Of a stretch of DNA of 64,000 nt, positions 1-11,010 are shown piece by piece; position 1 is the stretch's first letter, and every line of letters begins with the position of its first letter. The translations under genes and the position numbers were made by a program. The stretch lies in NCBI RefSeq assembly GCF_963921235.1, contig NC_086097.1, forward strand, positions 77,874,001 to 77,938,000, read 5' to 3'. The stretch comes from Mobula hypostoma. Lineage: Eukaryota. The notes below the pieces were generated by a model, which worked only from the letters and a program-made list of their open reading frames with translations, ran no database searches and had not been told where the DNA came from.

Positions 1-694
1 GGATCATGGGACAGGAGGTCCGGGAAGAAAGACAAGGGGGGGGGACCCAGAGGATGGGCAAGAGGTACATTCAGAGGGACAGAGGGAGAAAAAGGAGAGT
101 GAGAGAAAGAATGTGTGCATAAAAGTAAGTAACAGATGGGGTACGAGGGGGAGGTGGGGCCTTAGCGGAAGTTAGAGAAGTCGATGTTCATGCCATCAGG
201 TTGGAGGCTACCCAGATGGAATATAAGGTGTTGTTCCTCCAACCTGAGTGTGGCTTCATCTTTACAGTAGAGGAGGCCATGGATAGACATGTCAGAATGA
301 GAATGGGATGTGGCCACTGGGAGATCCTGCTTTCTCTGGCGGACAGAGCGTAGATGTTCAGCAAAGCGGTCTCCCAGTCTGCGTCGGGTCTCGCCAATAT
401 ATAAAAGGCCACATCGGGAGCACCGGACTCAGTATATCACCCCAGTCGACTCACAGGTGAAGTGTTGCCTCACCAGGAAGGACTGTTTGGGGCCCTGAAT
501 GGTGGTAAGGGAGGAAGTGTAAGGGCATATGTAGCACTTGTTCCGCTTACACGGATAAGTGCCAGGAGGGAGATCAGTGGGGAGGGATGGGGGACGAATG
601 GACAAGGGAGTTGCGAGGAATAGTCCAGATAGCTGTGAGAGTCAGTAGGCTTATAGTAGACATCAGTGGATAAGCTGTCTCCAGAAACAGAGAC
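1..694 (-). mobile_element. Inverted copy of the adjacent Penelope-like element (left arm of a large fold-back; continues beyond window start)
   Basis: 1-614 is the reverse complement of ~1212-1842, with a ~17-nt deletion. 615-694 is the reverse complement of 755-834. Minus-strand translation gives DVYYKPTDSHSYLDYSS and the same GIY-YIG region. Confidence 0.9.
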
Positions 695-754
695 AGAAAG
701 ATCTAGAAAGGGGAGGGAGGTATCGGAAATGGGAGGAGCCAAATGGGAGGCGGG

Positions 755-2013
755 GTCTCTGTCTCTGGAGACAGCTTATCCACTGATGTCTACTATAAGC
801 CTACTGACTCTCACAACTATCTGGACTATTCCTCTTCTCACCCTGTCTCTTGCAAAAACGCCATCCCCTTCTCGCAATTCCTCTGTCTCCGCCGCATCTG
901 CTCTCAGGATGAGGCTTTTCATTCTAGGACGAGGGAGATGTTTTCCTTTTTTAAAGAAAGGGGCTTCCCTTCCTCCACTATCAACTCTGCTCTTAAACGC
1001 ATCTCCCCCATTTCACGTACATCTGCTCTCACTCCATCCTTCCGCCACCCCACTAGGAATAGGGTTCCCCTGGTCCTCACCTACCACCCCACCAGCCTCC
1101 GGGTCCAACAGATTATTCTCCGTAACTTCCGCCACCTCCAGCGGGATCCCGCCACTAAACACATCTTTCCCTCCCCCCCTCTCTCTGCATTCCGCAGGGA
1201 TCGCTCCCTACACAACTCCCTTGTCCATTCGTCCCCCCCATCCCTCCCCACTGATCTCCCTCCTAGCGCTTATCCGTGTAAGCGGAACAAGTGCTACACA
1301 TGCCCTTACACATCCTCCCTTACCACCATTCAGGGCCCCAAACAGTCCTTCCAGGTGAGGTAACACTTCACCTGTGAGTCGACTGGGGTGATATACTGTG
1401 TCCGGTGCTCCCGATGTGGCCTTTTATATATTGGTGAGACCCGACGCAGACTGGGAGACCGCTTTGCTGAACATCTACGCTCTGTCCGCCAGAGAAAGTA
1501 GGATCTCCCAGTGGCCACACATTTTAATTCCACACCCCATTCCCATTCTGACATGTCTATGTACGGCCTCCCCTACTGTAAAGATGAAGCCACACTCAGG
1601 TTGGAGGAACAACACCTTATATTCCATCTGGGTAGCCTCCAACCTGATGGCATGAACATCGACTTCTCTAACTTCCGCTAAGGCCCCACCTCCCCTTCGT
1701 ACCCCATCTGTTACTTACTTTTATGCACACATTCTTTCTCTCTCTCCTTTTTCTCCCTCTATCCCTCTGAATATACCTCTTGCCCATCCTCTGGGTCCCC
1801 CCCCACCTTGTCTTTCTTCCCGGACCTCCTGTCCCATGATCCTCTCGTATCCCCTTTTGCCTATCACCTGTCCAGCTCTTGACTCTATCCCTCCCCCTCC
1901 TGTCTTCTCCTATCATTTTGGATCTCCCCCTCCCCCTCCAGCTTTCAAATCCCTTACTCACTCTTCCTTCAGTTAGTCCTGACAAAGGGTCTCGGCCTGA
2001 AACGTCAACTATG
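755..2013 (+). mobile_element. Penelope-like retroelement (PLE), 5'-truncated; RT C-terminus, Cys-rich linker, GIY-YIG endonuclease, pyrimidine-rich 3' UTR
   Basis: ORF 743-1363 has STDVYYKPTDSHNYLDYSSSHP...KNAIPFSQF..LRRICS (PLE RT thumb) and CKRNKCYTC (linker typical of Neptune-type PLEs). Past an in-frame stop it reads FTCESTGVIYCVRCSRCGLLYIGETRRRLGDRFAEH (GIY-YIG). Confidence 0.92.
1974..2011 (+). ncRNA. Minimal type I hammerhead ribozyme motif (degenerate) at PLE 3' end
   Basis: tagtc-CTGACAA-a-gggt ctcg gcct-GAAA-cgTC-aacta. Matches the CUGANGA...GAAA..UH core; deviations are consistent with CpG transitions. PLE pseudo-LTRs are known to carry minimal hammerheads. Confidence 0.75.
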
Positions 2014-2320
2014 TCAATAAGCAATCTTTCTTTGTGTTTCCAATTTTAGATGTGGAAATAACTGTTCAGCCAAATTTTTCATGTGTTACTATTATTGCTG
2101 ATGTTCTCATGATTTTCATATTCTCAAAACATTCCACATAAAACCATACAGAGCAGATGACAGAAGGGAAAACTTGGATTTACCTTCAAAAATAATCTTA
2201 AATGAATGTTTCTGCATTTTTTTTAGTTTAAATATTGAGTTAAAATTAAACAATGACAAAATGTCGTTTTCTGTAAGGAGGAAAGATTACATACAACAGC
2301 AAATCCCACTCAATAACAGT

Positions 2321-5030
2321 ATCATCATCATTATTATCAGATTCCATGCCCAGTTTGAGCTTTGACTGCCCACACAAACTTTTTGGCCCACACACTCCTG
2401 TTTTGCGTCAAGTGGATCAGTTCATTGGTATTCATTTCCAGTTCTCTGGCTGCTGTCTCCATCGTCATTTATCTTTGCCTTCCTCTTGCTTTCTTCCCTT
2501 CAATCTTTCCCATAATAACCTTGCATTCTAACTCCTCTTTCCTAATCATATGTCCAATGAAGTTATGTTGCCTTTTCATGATCTCATACATTATTTCTCT
2601 TTTTGTGCTTGCTCTGTTCATGACATCCTCATTAGATATTCATCTCGTCCATGATATTCTTTGCATCCTCCTCAAAAACCAATCAGTCCTCCGTCAGTCC
2701 AGATTGGAAGCAGCATCTCCAACACCATCATACTGAGCACAGGGCCCCCCCAGGGCTGTGTGCTCAGTCCACTGCTGTTCACTCTGATGACCCACGATTG
2801 TGCTGCAACACACAGCTCAAACCACATCATGGAGTTCGCTGATGATACAACTCTGGTGGGTCTCATCAGCAAGAACAATGAGTCAGCATACAGAGAGGAG
2901 GTGCAGCAGCTAACGGACTGGTGCAGAGCCAACAACCTGTCTCTGAATGTGAACAAAACAAAAGAGATGGTTGTTGATTTCTGGAGGACATGGAACGATC
3001 ACTCTTCGCTGAACATCAAAAACTCCTCCGTAGAGATTGTTAAGAGCACCAACTTTCTTGGTATTCATCTGGTGGAGAATCTCACCTAGTCCCTCAACAC
3101 CAGCTCCATTGCAAAGAAAGCCCAGCAGTGTCTGTACTTTCTGCGAAGGCTGAAAAAAGTCCATCTCCCACCCCCCATCCTCACCACATTCTACAGAGGT
3201 TGTATTGAGAGCATCCTGAGCTGCTGCATCAATTTCCTGGTTCGGAAATTGCACCATCTCGGATCACAAGACCCTGCAGCGGATAGTGAGGTCAGCTGAG
3301 ATGATCATCGGGGTCTCTCTTCCCACCATTACAGACATTTACACCACACGCTGCATCCGTAACAGCATTATGAAGGACCCCACGCACCCATCACACAAAC
3401 TCTTCTCCCTCCTGCCATCTGGCAAAAGGCACCGAAGTATTCAGGCTCTCACGACCAGACTATGTAACAATTTCTTCCCCCAAGCCATCAGACTCCTCAA
3501 TACCCAGAGCCTGGACTGACACCAACCTACTGCCTCCTACTGTGCCTATTGTCTTGTTTATTATTTATTGTAATGTCTGTACTGTTTTATGCACTTTATG
3601 CAGTCATGGGTAGGTCTGTAGTCTAGTGTAGTTTTGTGTTTTTTTTTACGTAGTTCAGTGTAGTTTTTGTATTGTTCATGTAGCACCAAGGTCCTGAAAC
3701 ACGTTGTCTCATTTTTACTGTGTACTGTACCAACAGTTATGGTCGAAATGACAACAGAAAGTGTTTTGACTTGATCTTTGCTGCTTCAATTCGTTTCCTC
3801 GTGTTATTAGAGATTGTCCAACATTCTGAGCCATGTAACATAACTGGATAAACGTAACATTTCAGTACTCTAAGCGGTTGTCATGCCTAGTTTAGTATTG
3901 GTCAGTATACTCTTCATTCTCATAAAGGTGTCTTTTGCCATCCCTATTCGTCTTTTGATGTCCATGTCGCACCTGCCATCTGATGTCACCCAGCTTCCTA
4001 AGTAGCAAAAGTTCTGTACTTGTTTTATGTCTTCCCCGTTTATTCTCAGCCTGCAGATAGGATTCTCCTTCATTTTGGATATCACCATACATTCTCTCTT
4101 TTTGCAATTGATAGATAGACCCATTTTTGCACTTTCTTCAACAACTACATCAATTAAGTTTTGTAGTTCTTCCTCCGTACTTGCAATTAACACAGTGTCA
4201 TCCGCTTATCTGAAATTATTGATGTTTTCACCACCAGCTTTGATTCCCAAGATGTCTCCTATTTTTTATAATATTGTTTCACTGTACACATTAAACAAAT
4301 CGGGGAGAAAGCACATCCTTGTCTAACGCCTCTCTTGATTTTCATAAATTGACTCACTTTTCCATCTATTCTTACAACGGCAGTTTGTTCCTAGTACAGA
4401 TTTCTGATTAGGCGGAGGTCTTTCGAATCTAGATCTAGAGTTTCCTGTAATATTTTAAATAATTTATTATGCTTCACTTTATCAAATGCTTTTGTGCAGT
4501 TGATAAAACAAACAAATCTTTTTGCACTTGAATAGCTTGTTCTGATAGTATTCTTAACATCAATATTGCATTTCTTGTACTTCTGTCTTTCACAAAACCA
4601 CATTGTTCTTTACCTATTTCAGCTTGTATCTTTCTTTTAGCTCTTGTCATCAAAATTCTTCGAAGTATCTTGGTGATATGACTCATTAAACTTATGGTCC
4701 TATGTAATTCACATTCTATTGCTCCAGGTTTCTTAGGAAGAGTGATAAATACTGATTTTTTTCATTGATTTTGATTTTGATGGACTGAGTATATTCAGGA
4801 ATTGCTTGAAGACAATCAAGGTGAAAAAACAGAAACTAAGAAGAACATCCAAGTATTTTAAAATCTGAAGTTCATAATGCAATAAATAAGATGAAGAAAG
4901 GAAAAGCAGCAGGTCCTGATGAATTAGTGATAGAACAAATTATCACCCTTGAAGATTATGGATTTGAAAAACTTACTGATTTAATCAATGACATTTATGA
5001 GACTGGAATAATCTCAGAAGGGATGAAAAA
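2321..5030 (-). mobile_element. RTE-clade LINE, degenerate, split by a Rex1/Babar insertion (2681-3774), with an inverted 5' segment (~4770-5030)
   Basis: Minus-strand RT fragments MSHITKILRRILMTRAKRKIQAEIGKEQCGF, KAFDKVKH and ADDTVLIASTEEELQNL...KQVQNFCYLGS. (GAT)n-like tail at ~2321-2340. Candidate TSD tcaataacagtat (2310-2322) / tcaataataatat (5031-5043). Confidence 0.85.
2681..3774 (+). mobile_element. Rex1/Babar-type LINE 3' fragment nested in the RTE
   Basis: STGPPQGCVLSPLLFTLMTHDC...FADDTTLVGLIS..NESAYREEV and DPTHPSHKLFSLLPSGKR, with a (GACTT) tail. RTE sequence resumes on both sides. Confidence 0.85.
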
Positions 5031-5589
5031 TCAATAATAATATAGACAATAAAATGGTATCGTTAACACTTGCCTACTTGTAATAAAATTAAGAATGAGT
5101 AACCTGCTGCTTCTGGTTCACTTTTGGAAATCTGACTGCAACCTATCATATGTGCAGCACCACTGCTTCCTGTATATATGTTGTTTTAGATTATGGGGCT
5201 GTATTGGATCAAACTTCTCAACAATTGCAGATTATAATTATTTTTTGTACTTTACTAACCTAGCCGGATACATTTTAGAATGAACCAATGGTTATTATTT
5301 TGAAATTTCTGGTAAATGTAAGAGGATATTATTAATTCACCTATCTCCCCAGGGTTGTTTCTCTTTAACTTCCAGAAGGTATGTTTATAAATATTCAAGA
5401 TAGGTGACACAGTGCGCAGCCAATGCTCCTGCTGCCTCGCTGCCCCGGCAACCCTTGGTGGATGTCTGCGAGGAGCTTGTGCGTTCAACAAGAGAAAAAA
5501 AAGTTGAACGTAAACTGTACAAAATTCTACTAGAAACAACATGATTAGAAGAAAAAGATGTCCACTGTAGTAAAAAAGCAGAAATTCCC

Positions 5590-6095
5590 AGCCAGAAATT
5601 TTAATCCCGATTCCCATTACCATTCCGACATGTCAGTTGATAGCCTCCTCTTGTGCCACAAAGAGGCCACCCTCAGGGTTGAGGAGCAACACAGTATATT
5701 CTGTTTGGGTAGCCTCTAACCTGATGGCTTAAATACTGATTTCTCCTTCTGGTAAAAACAATTTTCCCTCCCCATACCCTCTTCTTCTATTCCCTACTCT
5801 GGCCTCTTATCTCTTCTCGCCTGCCTATCACCTCCCCTGGTGCCTCTTCTCCTTCCCTTTCCACTCTCCTCTCCTATCAGATTCCTTCATCTCCAGCCCT
5901 TTACCTTTCCCACCCACCTGACCTCCCCTATCACCTTCTAGCTATCCATCCTCCACTGCCCCCACCTTTTTATTCTGGCATTTCCCTGCTTCCTTTCCAG
6001 TCCTGATGATTAATCATTTCCCAAAACATCGACTGTTTATTCATTTCCATTGATACTGCCTGACCTGCTGATTTCCTCCAACATTTTGTGTGTGT
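5590..6095 (+). mobile_element. PLE 3' fragment (end of GIY-YIG, pyrimidine-rich UTR, degenerate hammerhead at 5998-6035)
   Basis: Homologous to 1520-2010. Contains cagtc-CTGATGA...caaaacatc-gactg, followed by the gatactgcctgacctgctga..tcctcca terminal motif. Confidence 0.8.
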
Positions 6096-6099
6096 GCCA

Positions 6100-6310
6100 T
6101 TGTAGTGTGTTCTTTCTGTGACTGTGTGAGCTTTCCCCCAGTGGCCCTGGTTTCCTGCCATTTCACAGGCTGATAGGTTAATTGGCTGCTGTAAGTTGCC
6201 CCTCATACGTACTGTATGTGGCTGGTAGAATCTGGGAGGAATCAGTGGGGATATGGGGAGAATAAAATGGGTGGGGTAGGATTAGTATAAAATTAGGTGC
6301 TTAATAGTCA
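6100..6310 (+). mobile_element. Degenerate V-SINE (HE1-like) fragment
   Basis: gtgactgtgtgagctttcccccagtggccctggtttcctgcca resembles the V-SINE core seen at 16019-16275. Confidence 0.5.
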
Positions 6311-6738
6311 GTATCAAAATTGATGCTCTAAAAGGGCTTTCCCCCTACTTTTCTTTACTAAAGTGATGTCCTTTGTTCACCAAGTTGTTCTAATTTCCTT
6401 TTAAATATCATTAAACTGAAGAGCAATTACAATATTTTATATCTACTTATAACATTTCTAGTTTCTGAATTGGAATCAGGTTTATTTGCATTGTTTTATA
6501 TGATATGAAATTTGATGCTTTGCAGCAGCAGTACAGTGCAAAGAAATTTAGAACATGTCAAAGCATACCTGGCCCTACCTGCACACAATCTTCTGGTAAG
6601 AAATTGCTTGAAAAGAGTTAATACTTACTAAAGAAACTGATACGTTGGAGGCCATCTTGGATTATTCCAGCCCGCACATCAGCATGACTTAGCTCAACGG
6701 GAAATCAAAGACTTGACCTCTGGTCTGCCCTCTGATTT

Positions 6739-6799
6739 GACTGATTGTTTCCACGGATGCTGCCCAACCTGCTGAGTTCCTCCAGCGTGTTGTGAATGT
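6739..6799 (+). mobile_element. 61-bp PLE terminal-repeat insertion with 13-bp TSD
   Basis: tgccctctgattt at 6726-6738 and 6800-6812 flanks gactgattgtttccacggatgctgcccaacctgctgagttcctccagcgtgttgtgaatgt, the sequence that follows the hammerhead in other PLE copies. Confidence 0.85.
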
Positions 6800-7769
6800 T
6801 GCCCTCTGATTTCTCTGTTTGGGAGTTAGCCAGTTTAGCTGTCAATCAAACTGAGTACCACTTGGTAAAAGCAAGTGCTCTCTAGCTTGACTCGTGCATT
6901 GAGGAAATTTGAATGTCCGATATTGTTTATTCTTTGCGGGCTGTTATTGTAATTCATTATTTCATATTGTAATAAAATCAATTATTTTGTGTCTATTATA
7001 TTTTTGAGAGCATAGTTTATCTGTTGTTTTAAAGTGCAAAAGGTACTACAGTTTTAATTTGTAATGTTAAAAAAATTCTGTTGATACTAGAAATCTATAT
7101 AATTAAGAAAATATTGGGAATACTCATCTGGTAAGATAACATCTGAATTCAAAGAAACAGTTTTAACATTTTTGGCTATCCCTTATAGTTTCAGAATAAG
7201 TGTATTTTGAGAATTGTCAATAAGATTTAAATTAAAAGGAAATGTTTAAATCAAGTTAGTCGAAAAGGTTATTTTGGCACAAATTATAACAGGCAATAAG
7301 GCCGCAAAGGTTTCCTCTGAGATGGAGCTATTGCTGATAGGGTTGTGGTGGAGTTGATGAGACTGGGCGGCAGATCAATAACAGGTTGGAGAGAGAAGCA
7401 GTTTATGTTGTTTGGAAATGAAAAGATGAGCTGTGCATTGCTTGCTACCTCATAGCTCTACACAAACCTCACAGCCTCAGAAATGCTGTGCTATGTTATA
7501 AGTTTATAGACTGTGGAGCTTACCTACTAATGGCGCTATCTGACCTGCACAACTGTGAGAGAAAGGATAGCCACAAGGTGGCTGTTTCAGAATGATACTT
7601 CTTGGATTTAGAAAAGTCAACCTCATCCACTTCTGCTTCTCTTTTGAATATTTACAACACATTCGGAAAAATAAATTCCTTCCTCTGTATAACAGAGATC
7701 CAGATTACTGCAGCTTGGTTGTTTACCTTCTCATTCTATTCAAGCAATCTGAAAACAGGCAGAAGGTAT

Positions 7770-9445
7770 GAACTGAATTGACATTATTTTCTACATCTTT
7801 CACATACATGAGGAGTAAAAATCTTTATGTTACATCTCCGTCTAAATGTGTAATGTACAATCATTGTAATGTACAATCATTTATAATAAATAGAACAGTC
7901 AATGTAACATAGGACACACTCAAATCAGCGTGAGTTAATCAGTCTGATGGCCTGGTGGAAAAAGCTGTCCCGGAGCCTGTTGGTCCTGGCTTTTATGCTG
8001 CAGTACAGTTTCTCAAATGGTAGCAGCTGGAATAGATTGTGGTTGAGGTGACTCGGGTCCCCAATAATCCTACAGGCCCCTTTTACACACTTGTCTTTGT
8101 AAATGTCCTGAATCATGGGAAGTTCATGACTACAGATGCACTGGGCTGTCCGCACCATTCTCTGCAGAGTCCTGTGATTAAGGGAGGTACAGTTCCCATA
8201 CCAGGCAGTGATGCAGCTGTAGAAAGTTCTTAGGATTTGGGGGCCCATACCAAACTTCCTCAATCGTCTGAGGTGAAAAGGGCATTGTTGTGCCTTTTTC
8301 ACCACACAGCTGGTGTGTACAGACCACATGAGGTCCTCAGTGATGTGGATGCCGAGGAACTTGAAGCTTCTCAACCCCAGATCCATTGTTGTCAATAGCG
8401 GTTAGCCCGTCTCCATTCCTCCTGTAATCCATAACCAGTTCCTTTGTTTTTGCGACATTGAGGGAGAGGTTGTCTTCTTGACACCACTGTCAGAGAGTTA
8501 ATTTCTTTCCTGTAGGCCACCTCGTTATTGTTTGAGATAAGGCCAATCAATATAGTGTCATCGGCAAATTTAATTAGCAGATTGGAACTGTGGGTGGTGA
8601 TACAGTCATGGGTATACAGGGGGTAAAGGAGGGGACTCAGTACGCTGCCCTGAGGGGCTCCTGTATTGAGAGTCAGAGGGGTGGAGGTGAGGGAGCCCAC
8701 TCTTACCACCTGCTGGTGATCTGACAGGAAGTCCAGGATCCAGCTTCAGAAGACAGGTCAAGTCCGAGGTCTCTGAGCTTCTTGTCAAGCCTGGATGGAA
8801 CTATGGTGTTGAATTCTGAACTGTAGTCCGAGAACAGCATTCTCACATAAACATCCGTCTTCGCCAGATGTGTAAGGACGATATGTAGAGCAGTGGCTAT
8901 TGCATCGTCTGTCGATTCGTTGTGTCAGAAGACGAATTGTAGAGGGTCCAGTCTGGGTAGTAGCAAGCTGTAGGTGTAATCCTTGACCAGTCTGTCAAAG
9001 CATTTGCTTTTTATTGAGGTGAGTGCGACAGGATGCCAGTCATTCAGGCATGTTACCTTGGTCTTTTTTGGTACAGGGACAATGGTGGATAATTTGAAGC
9101 AGGAGGGCACTCTACACTGGGAGAGGGAGAGATTAAAAATGTCAGTAAACACACCTGCCAGTTGTGCTGCGCACATCCTGAGTACTCGCTCTGGGATGCC
9201 GTCCGGTTCCGCAGCCTTGTGACTGTCCACACATGAGAAACATCTGCATACCTCAGCCTCAGAGATGACCAGGTTGCAGGTTGTAGCGGTGGCTTTCCTC
9301 GGAGGCTCAGAGTTAGCGACGTCGAACCGAGCATAAAAGTGATTGAGCTCATCTGGGAGAGAGGCCACGATGTTGGCGGCACCACAACGTTTGACTTTGA
9401 AATCTGCGATGGTGTGCAGCCCTCGCCTGACGTCACGTGTGCTAT
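7770..9445 (-). mobile_element. Rex1/Babar-type LINE, degenerate RT region
   Basis: [59 protein letters not shown] and RTNRLRDSFFHQAIRLIN. Confidence 0.9.
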
Positions 9446-9619
9446 TCATTGTGAATACGAAGAGAAAAATCGAGACCATTTACCTGAAGAACGGTATTTG
9501 AAAAGTTGTTGTCTGCAAATGTTTAAAAGTGCTTGTATTAATTATTTTACAGACGATATAGAGGGTCATAGTCAGAATCATAGAAGCATAAAGCAATGAA
9601 CAGGGTTTTGAAGCTTTTA

Positions 9620-10440
9620 CCCAATGGCAGCAAAACAAAAGAACTCATTATTGACTTCAGGAGGAGGGGACCGGCTGTCTATGAGCCAGTCCCTATCAGG
9701 AGATCAGAGTTGTAATCATTTCAGCGGATCTGTCCTGGGCCTAGCATGTAAGTCCAATTATAAAGAAAGCACAGCAGGGCCTCTATTTCCTTAGAGGTTT
9801 GTGAAGATTCAGCATGACTCCTAATACTTTGACAACCTTCTCCAGATGCGCAGTGGAGAGCATATTGGCTGGTTGCATCATGGCCTCATGTGGCAACATC
9901 AATGCCCTTGAATGGAAAATCCTCCAAAAAGTAGAGGATACAGCCCAGTCCAACACAGGTAAAACCCTCCCTACCACTGAGCACATCTGCATGGAGCACT
10001 GTCACAGGAAAGCAGCATCCATCATCAAGGGCCCCCACTATCAGACAATGCACTCTTCTCACTGCTGCCATTAGGAAAAAGGTACATGAGGATCAGGACC
10101 CACACTGCCAGGTGAAAGAACAGTTATTACCCATCAACCATTAGGCTCTTAAACCGGGGATAACGTCACTGACCCCAACAGTGAACAGTTCCCACAACCT
10201 ATGGATTCATTTTGAAGGACTCTTCATCTTACGTTCTCAATATTTATTGCTTATTATTTATTTATATTTTTCTCTTTTGTATTTGCAGTTTGTTGTATTT
10301 TGCCTATTGGTTGTTTGTTCATCCTGTTGGGTATGGTCTTTCACTGATCCTATTGTGTTTCCTGGATTTATTGTGTATGTCTGCAAGACAATGAATCCCA
10401 GGCTTGTATATGTCAACAGAGAGTGTATGTACTTTGAACA
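9620..10440 (+). mobile_element. Rex1/Babar-type LINE 3' fragment
   Basis: TLTTFSRCAVESILAGCIMASCGN..LQKV..TAQ, homologous to other Rex1 C-termini in the window. Confidence 0.8.
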
Positions 10441-10504
10441 TAACCCCAACATGTCAGTGTCAACTAAGGTGCTATGCTTGTCTCAATTGTCTGCATTTGA
10501 CCTC

Positions 10505-11010
10505 CACTCAGTGGTTACTTTATTAGATACACCTGCTTGTTAATACAAATATCTAATCAGCTAATCTGAAAAGCATGCAGACATGGTCACAAAGCTCAGT
10601 TGTCGTTCAGACCAAATATCAGAATGTCTAAGGAATGCGTTTCAAGTAAATGACCATGGAATGACTGCTGGTGCCAGACAGGGTGGTTTGAGTATATCAG
10701 AAACTGATGATCTCCTGGGCTTTTCACACGCAAAAGTTTACAGAGTATGGTATTATAAACAAAAAACATCCAGTGAATGGCAGTTCTGTGGGCAAAAACA
10801 CCTTGTTAATGAGTGAGGTCAGAGGAGAATGACCAGACTGGTTCAAGCTGACGGAAAGAGGAGAGTAACTCAAATAAATCATGTGTTACAACAGTGGTGT
10901 GCAGAAGAGCATCTCTGAATGCACAACACATCAAACCTTGAAGTGAATGGGTTACAGCAGCAGAAGACCATGAAGATACACCCAGAGCCATCTTCTTAGG
11001 TACGGGAGGT
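10505..11010 (+). mobile_element. Tc1/mariner-type transposon relic (N-terminal DNA-binding domain of transposase only)
   Basis: GARQGGLSISETDDLLGFSH..V.RV...KQKTSSE.QFCG.K.LVNE, then GQRRMTRLVQADGK..VTQI...NSGVQKSISECTTHQTLK.MGYSSRRP. Tc1-like end cactcagtggttactttattag, echoed at ~10980. Confidence 0.8.

Noticed and set aside
666..1358. 230-aa ORF
   Set aside because: Alternative frame over the PLE ORF that spans the fold-back junction.
5340..5490. Possible minus-strand exon (APRRHPPRVAGAARQQEHWLRTVSPILNIYKHTFWKLKRNNPGEI) ending at a gtgaat donor
   Set aside because: No recognisable homology, an ambiguous acceptor and no consistent partner exons.
7524..7553. 29-nt micro-exon candidate on minus strand (tttctctcacag|...|gtaagc)
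   Set aside because: Good splice signals, but too short to distinguish from chance without transcript data.
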